From NCBI GenBank assembly GCA_046484245.1, contig JAWOBN010000092.1:1-16588 (forward strand): a DNA stretch of 16,588 nucleotides, read 5' to 3'. The stretch is from a bacterium (GTDB lineage Bacteria; Hydrothermota; 32-111). The position numbers were made by a program, and so were the translations under genes. This document shows, piece by piece, positions 1 through 7,591 of the stretch. The notes below the pieces were generated by a model. It was not told where the DNA came from, searched no databases, and worked only from the letters and a program-made list of their open reading frames with translations. Position 1 is the stretch's first letter; the number at the start of each line of letters is the position of its first letter.

Positions 1-2
1 CC

Positions 3-77
3 GATCTGGGATTGGTGGATGTGGCACGCTTTGATTTCGTGCCGCTGTTCCCGAAGGATGCAGACGCGGGTGGGTGA
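3..77 (+). CDS. 3' end of an unidentified upstream gene (…DLGLVDVARFDFVPLFPKDADAGG*), partial
   Basis: Frame 3 is open from the window edge to TGA at 75-77, with coding-like G/C-ending codons, and is co-oriented with nadK. Too short to identify. Confidence 0.4.
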   Translation, partial: DLGLVDVARFDFVPLFPKDADAGG

Positions 78-152
78 AGCCGCTTGAAACGCTCAATCCA
101 GGTGTGAGCAAACCAATCCTCACAGGCCGCAAAACACGGGACGGATTCAGAG

Positions 153-675
153 ATGACCAGCATAGGCATTATCTACAAACAACGACACGAACCGGCTGAG
201 AAGGAGGCGCGGAAGCTGGGTGCGTGGCTCGAGGCCGAGGGCATCAACGTGTTTGTGGAAGAAAAGGAGGCTCCGGGGCGGGCTGGGAAAATGATCACCC
301 CCTCCACCTCGTGCATTCCGGAGAGCGTGGATTGGCTCGTGGTGCTGGGTGGAGACGGCACCTTGCTGGGGGCTGCCCGCCAGGTCGGCCGTTACGGTGT
401 GCCCATTCTGGGGGTCAATCTGGGGGGGCTGGGATTCTTGACCGAGATCCCCTTATCCCGGCTATACCCGTCAGTGGAGATGATGCTCAGAGGTGAACTA
501 GAATGGGAGAGCCGCCTCATGCTCGAGGCGAGGGTGATTCGACAGGGCGAGGAGGTTTGCCGATCCAATGTTCTCAATGACGTGGTGATCAACAAGAGCG
601 CACTGGCAAGGATTCTGGATCTGGATGTGCATATTGACGATCAGTTTCTCACCACCTTTCGTGCCGACGGGCTGA
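153..675 (+). CDS. nadK: NAD(+) kinase, N-terminal ~174 aa only, broken at a junction
   Basis: NADK motifs LGGDGTLL, GVNLGGLGFLTE, NDVVI and FRADGL are present. The expected continuation (I-x-S-T-P-T-G-S-T-A-Y) is absent. Residues after 675 (RDSSGFEP…) are read-through into unrelated DNA. Confidence 0.92.
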
Positions 676-807
676 GAGATTCGTCAGGATTTGAACCACG
701 CGATCGAAATCAGCGACAACCGATGGAAGACCAGAGGCCACCTCCGACCGCAAGATGAGAGTCTTCTGGTCAGCCCGTGTCTCCATCGACGTGATCACCC
801 GATCCAC
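676..807 (-). other. Internal 44-codon fragment of a sensor histidine kinase (start of the HATPase_c domain, up to the N-box)
   Basis: The reverse complement of 807..676 translates without stops as VDRVITSMETRADQKTLILRSEVASGLPSVVADFDRVVQILTNL. This matches the 'LP.V.AD..R..QIL.NL' lead-in to the N-box. It has no start or stop and is not in the ORF track. Confidence 0.8.
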
Positions 808-809
808 GG

Positions 810-1961
810 GAAGCTGCTTCCGGTCTCATGGGGGGCGGCAAATCAGAGGAATTCATGGCACCGTCCGATTCAGGTGAGGATGAGATATTCATATGTGAGA
901 AGTGCGGATACAGTGCAAACAGTGAAGTTGCCCGCACCATTGCCCAGCAGTATGAAGGAGGCAGTGAGGATATAGAAGAGATACACACGCCTGTTGATGG
1001 GGATGTTGAATCAGTGAGCCGCTTCCTCTCAAGAGAGAAAGAGGAATTCATTAAATCAATACTCATCATACACAATGACAAACCGGCATTCATACTGGTC
1101 CCCGGGAACAGGGATATCAATGAAGCAAAGATTGACATTGCCCTGAAGGGTAAATGGAGATATGCTGAAGACAGTGAGATCCGTGATACAACAGGTGCCC
1201 GGGCGGGATACATCTCCCCTGTGGGACTCAATATTGATGTATATGCAGATACAATGCTCAAACACGCATCCAATATGGTTTCAGGTGCCAATAAGGACAA
1301 CTATCATATAACAGGTATTGACATCAGCAGGGATATTCCTTCAGACAAACTCCATTTTGTTGATATTGCATCAATCAATGACAATGACAGATGCCCTCAA
1401 TGCAGAGAGGGGAAACTCAGAAGGAAAAGGGCAATAGAGATAGGGCATATATTCCAGCTCGGCACAAAATACTCCGAGTCAATGAATGCACTCTATCAGG
1501 ATGAGGACGGTACTCAGAAGGTTATTGTAATGGGTTCATACGGCATAGGGCTCGGCAGAATTGTCAGTACTGTAATTGAGCAGAATCATGATGACAGGGG
1601 CATAGTATGGCCTGTATCAATCGCCCCCTTCAAGGTCATAATACTGAATCTCTCCATGAAGGACGAAACCGTGACAGCTGAGGCGGAGGCATTGTACAGT
1701 ACACTGAACAATGCGGGCATTGAGACACTGCTTGATGACAGGGACACTGCAGCAGGGGTCAAGTTCAATGATGCTGATCTCTTGGGCATTCCCGTAAGGA
1801 TTGTAATAGGGAAGAAATTCAAAGAGACGGGTAAGTTGGAGATATCATCAAGAAAGGATACTGAAAAGGAATTCATATCCCCGTCATCCATTACAGATGC
1901 AGTGACAGATATGCTGAATAATTCAAAAGGAATGAAGGATGTTTCAGAAAAGAATACTTGA
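810..1961 (+). CDS. proS: Proline--tRNA ligase (bacterial type with INS editing domain), 5'-truncated
   Basis: EAASGLMGGGKSEEF (end of motif 2), INS domain (HTP, IKS, GYISP, GANKDNYH), CxxC pairs, IEIGHIFQLGTKYS, motif 3 MGSYGIGLGR and anticodon domain DDRD..GVKFNDADLLGIP. Homology starts at ~810, so M828 is an internal Met. An in-frame TGA at 792-794 lies upstream. Confidence 0.95.
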   Translation, partial: EAASGLMGGGKSEEFMAPSDSGEDEIFICEKCGYSANSEVARTIAQQYEGGSEDIEEIHTPVDGDVESVSRFLSREKEEFIKSILIIHNDKPAFILVPGNRDINEAKIDIALKGKWRYAEDSEIRDTTGARAGYISPVGLNIDVYADTMLKHASNMVSGANKDNYHITGIDISRDIPSDKLHFVDIASINDNDRCPQCREGKLRRKRAIEIGHIFQLGTKYSESMNALYQDEDGTQKVIVMGSYGIGLGRIVSTVIEQNHDDRGIVWPVSIAPFKVIILNLSMKDETVTAEAEALYSTLNNAGIETLLDDRDTAAGVKFNDADLLGIPVRIVIGKKFKETGKLEISSRKDTEKEFISPSSITDAVTDMLNNSKGMKDVSEKNT

Positions 1962-2220
1962 AGAGCAGATACAGTCCCTTGCAGAGGATCTTCTTGTGAG
2001 GGATGATTTTGCAGACAGGCACATATCTTTAAAGAGTATTGAAATTAAGAGAGGAAGGTCTATAATGATAAGGATATTCCTTGACAGGGAAAACGGAATT
2101 ACAATAGATGATTTAAGTGATTTCCACAAGGAATTTCAGTTAATCCTGCAGGCTGAAAGTATTTGGAATGATGATTTACAGATGCAGGTTTCATCACCGG
2201 GTCACTCTGCAAAGAAGTAG
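1939..2220 (+). CDS. rimP: Ribosome maturation factor RimP-like protein, N-terminal domain only (93 aa)
   Basis: IRIFLDRENGITIDD…QVSSPG resembles RimP_N (LRV.ID…G…DDC…LEVSSPG). It sits in the canonical position directly before nusA, with AAAGGA upstream of the ATG. Confidence 0.82.
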   Translation: MFQKRILEEQIQSLAEDLLVRDDFADRHISLKSIEIKRGRSIMIRIFLDRENGITIDDLSDFHKEFQLILQAESIWNDDLQMQVSSPGHSAKK

Positions 2221-2228
2221 GAGGTTTT

Positions 2229-3473
2229 GTGGATACAAGAGAAATTATTGACTCTTTGATTGACATTGAGCAGCAGAAGAGTATAAGCAAACAGAAGGTC
2301 GTTGATGTAATCAAACAGGGCCTTATCAAGGCATGTGAAAAACAGTTCGGGGAAGACGGCAAGTATGTGGTTAATATTAATGAGGCAACAGGCGAGATAA
2401 TCATCACTCGGATGATTGAAGTAGTCAATGATGTTTCTGACAGTCTTAATCAGATAAGTATAGATGAAGCAAGGGAATTCGCCGATGACATAAAGGAAGG
2501 CGATGAACTTCAGGAGAAACTCACTATAAAGAGTTTCGGGCGTCTGGCAATCAATGCAATGAAACAGCATATTACCAATGAACTCCTTGAAGAGGAGCGC
2601 ATATCATTGTTCAATGAATTTTCAGGCAAGATTGACAATCTGGTCAATGGCTCCATCAAGAAGATAACACCCTCACGGGTTTACATCAATCTCAACAGAC
2701 TGGAAGCTATTATGCCCATGGATGAGACAATACCCGGGGAGAGATACAGAATAGGGCAGCTCATCAAAGCGGTTATTATTGATGTTGAAGAGAACAAGGG
2801 TGATCCGAGGGTCTATCTCTCAAGGCGTTCCGATAAGTTCCTCAAGAGGCTGATGGAATTTGAAGTCCCTGAAATTGAGGACGGGACTGTCATTATAAAG
2901 GGCATTGCAAGAATGCCGGGCATCAAATCAAAGATAGCTGTCATGTCAATAGATGATAAAATTGACCCTGTCGGCGCATGCGTGGGTGTCAAGGGTTCAA
3001 GGATAAGGACTATTATCAAGGAGCTCAACAATGAGCATATTGATATCATACAGTGGAGTTATGATTCCATAATATTCACACAGAGAGTCATTTCACCGGG
3101 TGTTGTTATACGCGCATTCAAGAATGAGGAAGAGATGAAGATGAAACTTGTTGTCAAGGACGATACATATGAAAAGGCAATTGGCAGAGACAGCATAAAT
3201 CTCAATCTCGCCTGTGACCTGACCGGCTGGGATATTGAGGTGGAGAGTGAGTCAAGCTTCAATGAGCCTGAGGGCGGTGAGCTCAATAAAATAACGGAAA
3301 TTGACGGATTGACGGATAATATGAAAGACAAGCTCATTGAACACGGTTACAATACACCTGACGATATAGTGGAAAAAGGCATGGAAGGACTGAAAGAAAT
3401 TGACGGTATCGGCAAAAAGACAGCCGAAAAGATAATTCAGGCAACTGAAGATTTCATTAAAGGAGACAACTGA
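2229..3473 (+). CDS. nusA: Transcription termination/antitermination factor NusA
   Basis: FGRLAI, S1 domain, EVPEI.DG, ARMPGIKSKIAV, DPVGACVGVKGSRI, LTGWDI and a C-terminal helix-hairpin-helix (IDGIGKKTA). GTG start preceded by AGGAGG. Confidence 0.97.
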   Translation: MDTREIIDSLIDIEQQKSISKQKVVDVIKQGLIKACEKQFGEDGKYVVNINEATGEIIITRMIEVVNDVSDSLNQISIDEAREFADDIKEGDELQEKLTIKSFGRLAINAMKQHITNELLEEERISLFNEFSGKIDNLVNGSIKKITPSRVYINLNRLEAIMPMDETIPGERYRIGQLIKAVIIDVEENKGDPRVYLSRRSDKFLKRLMEFEVPEIEDGTVIIKGIARMPGIKSKIAVMSIDDKIDPVGACVGVKGSRIRTIIKELNNEHIDIIQWSYDSIIFTQRVISPGVVIRAFKNEEEMKMKLVVKDDTYEKAIGRDSINLNLACDLTGWDIEVESESSFNEPEGGELNKITEIDGLTDNMKDKLIEHGYNTPDDIVEKGMEGLKEIDGIGKKTAEKIIQATEDFIKGDN

Positions 3474-3476
3474 TAT

Positions 3477-6032
3477 ATGACTGATAAACTAAGGGTCTGT
3501 GATTATGCAAAGAAAGTAGACAAGAAATCTGTTGATATAATCAATATACTGAACAAGCAGTGTGATGCGGGTATCAGCAAGAGAGGGTATTCCAAAACAC
3601 TGGAAGATGACTGGATTAAAACCCTGGACAAACACTTCAAATTAGAAGAGCAGAAGAAGGAAGAAGAGAAGAAGAAGTCCAAGAGGAAGATAGTGAGGGT
3701 TATAAGGCACAGGGACGAGGAAGAGAAAGAAGAAGCAGAGAAGGAAGAGAAACCCGAGGAGGAAAAGCCCAAACCCGCCCAAAAGGCCGAGAAGGTCAAA
3801 GCAGAAGAAGTCAAAGAGAAGAAGGCAGAAGAAAAACCGGCAAAGAAGAAGAAGGAAAAGCCGGAACCGCAAAAACCCGCTCCAGCCAAAAAGAAGGCAA
3901 AAGCACCCGAGAAGGAAGAGAAACCCGAAAAGAAGATAAAGAAGAAGGATAAGAAGAAGGGCGTCAAGAAGCCTGAGCCCAAGAAAGAGACAAAGACAGC
4001 AAAGAAGGGACGGAAGAAAAAGGACAAATACTCAACTGATAAATTTGAGGAAGTTGAGACAATTCACGATAAGAAGAAGAGTGCTGCAACCTCAGATGAT
4101 TTCACGAAAAAGAGAAAAGCCAGAAGAAAAAAGAAGAAACAGATTGACAAGAAGAAGATAGCAAAATCTGTTGAAGAGACAATAAAGAGCATCAAGACAG
4201 ATAGCAGCACAAGCAGCAGAAGAAAATACAAGGATAAATCCAAGCAGAGCGATGAGACGGAAGAGGAGATCAGGAGCATAAAGATATCCGATTATATTAT
4301 TGTTTCGGATCTCGCTGAGAAGATTGACATTGATCCTGTTGAATTGATACAGACAGCAATCGGACTGGGCATAATGGTGACAATCAATCAGAGGATTAAT
4401 TTTGATAATGCATCCATACTTGCCATGGAACACGGATTTGAGGTTGAAAAGATAGAGAGCAGGGAGGATGAAGAGGAAGATGAGACCAAGGGGCTTGAAG
4501 ATGAGCATGATGACAGACAGCAGAAACCCAGAGCTCCTGTTGTTACTGTTATGGGCCATGTGGACCACGGCAAGACAACACTGATAGATTATATGCGGAA
4601 GTCAAGGATTGTTGAGAGTGAACACGGTAAAATAACGCAGAACATAGGTGCCTACACAGTGGAATCAAGCAGCGGGAAAGTTACTTTCATAGATACACCC
4701 GGACATGAGGCATTTACTGCAATGAGAGCCCGCGGCGCACAGGTAACGGATATTGCCGTGATTGTGGTTGCTGCAAATGACAGTGTCATGCCCCAGACAA
4801 AAGAGGCAATACAGCATGCTGAGCTGGCAAATATTCCATTTATTATTGCAATAAACAAAACAGATCTTCCTGAGGCAGACCCTGAAAAGGTCAAGAGGGA
4901 TTTGCTTAATCAGAATATTGTTGTTGAGGATTACGGCGGAAAGATACCTGTTGTTGAGATATCGGCATTGACAGGCAAGAATGTGGATGAGCTGATTGAT
5001 ACAATACTGCTGCAGGCAGAGCTTATGGAATTAAAGGCTCCTGTTGAGGGACAGGTCACTGCAACAGCCATTGAAGTAAGGCAGGATAAGGGCCTGGGAC
5101 CTGTTATCAACTGCATTATACAGAAGGGCATATTGAGGAAAGGGGATGTCTTTGTCTCAGGCAAGACACATGGAAAGGTCAGACTCCTTCTCAATGAATT
5201 CAATGAACAGATAGAAGAAGCAGGGCCCTCCCAGCCTGTGTCTGTTGTCGGTGCAAATGATCTGCCCGAGGTCGGAGATGTGCTCAACACAGTTGAGGAT
5301 CAGAGGGATGCAAAGGATATTGCCAGGCAGCGTCATCTCGCCTACAGGGAACAGCTTATCAAGAAGAGAGAGGTCACCAATGTGGATTCCTATGAAAGAC
5401 AGCTCAAGGACCTCAAGAAGAAAGATCTCAATTTCATTATTAAGGGCAATGTCTTCGGTTCAATAGAAGCACTGGCTGATTCACTTCAGATGCTCTCTGA
5501 TGAAGAGGTGAAGATCAATGTTGTTTACAAGGAAGTTGGCATTGTCACAGAGAATGATGTCAATATTGCCATTGCCTCTGATGCTAATATTATTGCATTT
5601 TCCACATCGGTCTCAGCTGCTGCAAAGAAATACGCCAAAAGCGAGAATGTGCTCATCAAACAGTACAATGTCATATATGAAGTCATTGATGATATCACCA
5701 AAGCCAAATTGTCGCTCCGTGAACCGGAATACATTGATATTGAAACAGGCAGGGCTGAAATAAGACAGCTGTTCTCATACTCCAAGGCAGGTACAATTGC
5801 CGGATGTTATGTGAAGAACGGTTATATTACGAGGAATGGCAGAGTAACTGTTACCAGAGACGGAGAGGATCTCGGATCATATCCCATCAAGTCACTCAAA
5901 CGGTTTCAGGATGATGTGAAAAAAGTGGAATCGGGTTATGAATGCGCAATGATTCTGGAAGGATTTGAGGATATACAGAAGGGCGATATACTCAGATGCA
6001 TTATCCGGGAGATCAAAGAACCCGAGTTATGA
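3477..6032 (+). CDS. infB: Translation initiation factor IF-2
   Basis: PVVTVMGHVDHGKTT, FIDTPGHEAFTAMRARGA, NKTD, SLKRFQDDVKKV and an IF2_N-like repeat (VSDLAEK…MVTINQ). RBS AAGGAG lies within the end of nusA. Confidence 0.98.
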   Translation: MTDKLRVCDYAKKVDKKSVDIINILNKQCDAGISKRGYSKTLEDDWIKTLDKHFKLEEQKKEEEKKKSKRKIVRVIRHRDEEEKEEAEKEEKPEEEKPKPAQKAEKVKAEEVKEKKAEEKPAKKKKEKPEPQKPAPAKKKAKAPEKEEKPEKKIKKKDKKKGVKKPEPKKETKTAKKGRKKKDKYSTDKFEEVETIHDKKKSAATSDDFTKKRKARRKKKKQIDKKKIAKSVEETIKSIKTDSSTSSRRKYKDKSKQSDETEEEIRSIKISDYIIVSDLAEKIDIDPVELIQTAIGLGIMVTINQRINFDNASILAMEHGFEVEKIESREDEEEDETKGLEDEHDDRQQKPRAPVVTVMGHVDHGKTTLIDYMRKSRIVESEHGKITQNIGAYTVESSSGKVTFIDTPGHEAFTAMRARGAQVTDIAVIVVAANDSVMPQTKEAIQHAELANIPFIIAINKTDLPEADPEKVKRDLLNQNIVVEDYGGKIPVVEISALTGKNVDELIDTILLQAELMELKAPVEGQVTATAIEVRQDKGLGPVINCIIQKGILRKGDVFVSGKTHGKVRLLLNEFNEQIEEAGPSQPVSVVGANDLPEVGDVLNTVEDQRDAKDIARQRHLAYREQLIKKREVTNVDSYERQLKDLKKKDLNFIIKGNVFGSIEALADSLQMLSDEEVKINVVYKEVGIVTENDVNIAIASDANIIAFSTSVSAAAKKYAKSENVLIKQYNVIYEVIDDITKAKLSLREPEYIDIETGRAEIRQLFSYSKAGTIAGCYVKNGYITRNGRVTVTRDGEDLGSYPIKSLKRFQDDVKKVESGYECAMILEGFEDIQKGDILRCIIREIKEPEL
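3645..4270 (+). repeat. Low-complexity, purine-rich (AAG/GAA) Lys/Glu/Pro-rich linker within the infB N-terminus
   Basis: Runs such as EEQKKEEEKKK, EEKPKPAQKAEK and KKKKQ are seen directly. Charged N-terminal linkers are typical of IF2. Confidence 0.75.
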
Positions 6033-6310
6033 TTGTCGGTATATGTGAAATAGAACTCTTTATACGGGACTCTGCTTCACTCAAGGACAAGAGGAAGATA
6101 ATCAAGTCAATCAAGTCGCGGCTGAGAAATAAATATAATATATCAATTGCGGAAACAGGCAATACAAATTCACATAAATACGCCACACTGGGCATTGCAA
6201 CCGTATCCAAGGATAATAAGAGGATACAGAAGGTTATATCAAAGGCAAAGGATTATATTGAAACAATCCCCCAGGTGATGATAATCAAATCAAATATGGA
6301 AATATGGTAG
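6029..6310 (+). CDS. DUF503 / YlxP family protein (93 aa)
   Basis: MIVG…SLKDKRKIIKSIKSRL.NKYNISIAE signature and canonical position between infB and rbfA. The start was moved from 5996 to the ATG at 6029, which forms an ATGA overlap with the infB stop. Confidence 0.9.
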   Translation: MIVGICEIELFIRDSASLKDKRKIIKSIKSRLRNKYNISIAETGNTNSHKYATLGIATVSKDNKRIQKVISKAKDYIETIPQVMIIKSNMEIW

Positions 6311-6660
6311 AGAATAAACAGAGACTGAGGAAGGAATCACATCTCAAGAGGGCAATAGCATCAATAATGATGCGCATGAATGATCCGCAGCTGAGATTTG
6401 TCACTATTACGGAAATAAAATTCTCTCCTGACAAGAAGAGGGCTACTGTCTATTATATTGTTCTGGATGAAAAGAAGGTCCATCCGGGCAAATTGAAGAA
6501 GGCATCGGGTTTCATAAAGAAGAAACTCCCTCAGTATATAAGCCTGAGGCATATACCTGATCTTGTGTTCACCTATGACAAGAAGGTTGAAAAACGTGAG
6601 AATCTGGAAGAACTGTTTACGGAATTAGAGAATGAAAGAGATAATTCGGATCCTGAATAA
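6304..6660 (+). CDS. rbfA: 30S ribosome-binding factor A
   Basis: DPQL.FVTITEIKFSPDKK.ATVY, ASGFIK and LRHIPDLVFTYD, plus synteny with infB. Confidence 0.92.
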   Translation: MVENKQRLRKESHLKRAIASIMMRMNDPQLRFVTITEIKFSPDKKRATVYYIVLDEKKVHPGKLKKASGFIKKKLPQYISLRHIPDLVFTYDKKVEKRENLEELFTELENERDNSDPE

Positions 6661-7591
6661 AGCCAAGCGCATTCTCATACTGTCCCATCTCAGGCCGGAC
6701 GGAGATTCAATAAGTTCTCAGAAGGCGCTTTATCTTGTTCTGAAGAATATGGGCAAGGAAGTGAAGATCACTGCCAGGGACAATGTGCCTGAACTTTATC
6801 AATTCCTTGACAAGGATAATGTGTTCAGCACAGATTTCTCCGAGGACTATCATCCGGATACTGTTGTTTACCTTGATTCGGCGCACAGGGACAGAGTAGG
6901 CAGGGATCTTATCGGTAAATTGTCAAGACAGATCAATAATGCAGTTACTGTCAATATTGACCATCATGTATCCAATGAAAATTATGCGGATTATAATTAT
7001 GTTGACCCTGATATGTCATCCACCTGCGAGATACTCTACACCATGTTCAATAAGATGAATGCCGCAATTGACCCTGATACTGCTACAGCCATTCTCACAG
7101 GTATTGTTACTGACACAGGGTATTTCAAATACAAATCAGTCACAAGCAGCACACTCAAAACTGCAGCTTCTCTCATGGACAGTGGCGCGGATCTCTATTC
7201 TGTTTCAGAGAAAATTTATATGAACAGGCCCCTGGCCAAGGTACAGCTTGAGTCAAGGGTATTGGAGCGCATTGAGATGATGGAGGACAGGGCAGTTTCT
7301 TTCATTTACAATAAGGATTTCACTGAACTCGGTGCAAAATCCGAATACACGGACGGAATCGTCAATCAAATGCTCTATATAAGGGGCATCACTCTTTCTG
7401 TTCTTATAATTGAGCATGGAAAGGATGTGCGTATCTCATTCAGGAGCAAGGGTGACAAGTACAATGTGAACAATATAGCTGCACTGATTGACGGAGGCGG
7501 ACACCCCAATGCATCCGGTGCATATATGGATAATACGGATGCAGTAAAGGCAGGAACCATAGTAAAAGAAATTATTGGCAAATTGGAATAA
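6632..7591 (+). CDS. nrnA: DHH/DHHA1 bifunctional oligoribonuclease and pAp phosphatase (NrnA family)
   Basis: SHLRPDGDS, IDHH, TDTGYF, SFRS and GGGHPNASG motifs. Common position after rbfA. Confidence 0.9.
   Translation: MKEIIRILNKAKRILILSHLRPDGDSISSQKALYLVLKNMGKEVKITARDNVPELYQFLDKDNVFSTDFSEDYHPDTVVYLDSAHRDRVGRDLIGKLSRQINNAVTVNIDHHVSNENYADYNYVDPDMSSTCEILYTMFNKMNAAIDPDTATAILTGIVTDTGYFKYKSVTSSTLKTAASLMDSGADLYSVSEKIYMNRPLAKVQLESRVLERIEMMEDRAVSFIYNKDFTELGAKSEYTDGIVNQMLYIRGITLSVLIIEHGKDVRISFRSKGDKYNVNNIAALIDGGGHPNASGAYMDNTDAVKAGTIVKEIIGKLE

Noticed and set aside
3..77. Upstream fragment as protein-L-isoaspartate methyltransferase (FVPL motif)
   Set aside because: Only 24 residues are available, and a four-residue match is not enough.
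153..758. 201-aa NadK as a novel short variant with a unique C-terminus
   Set aside because: The last 27 aa are read-through into the antisense kinase fragment, and the conserved STPTGST region is missing.
676..809. MITE/IS, intron or CRISPR-spacer-like insertion
   Set aside because: There are no terminal repeats or target duplication, and the two flanks belong to different genes, so this is not an insertion into one locus.
691..975. 94-aa + strand ORF
   Set aside because: It spans the junction. It is antisense to the kinase fragment and out of frame with proS.
828..1961. Stand-alone ProRS editing/anticodon protein starting at M828
   Set aside because: ProRS similarity extends upstream of the Met to ~810 and stops at the junction, and no convincing RBS is present. 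It is a truncated proS.
3503..4568. Phe/Leu/Ser-rich minus-strand ORFs resembling membrane proteins
   Set aside because: They are antisense shadows of the AAG/GAA-rich IF2 linker.
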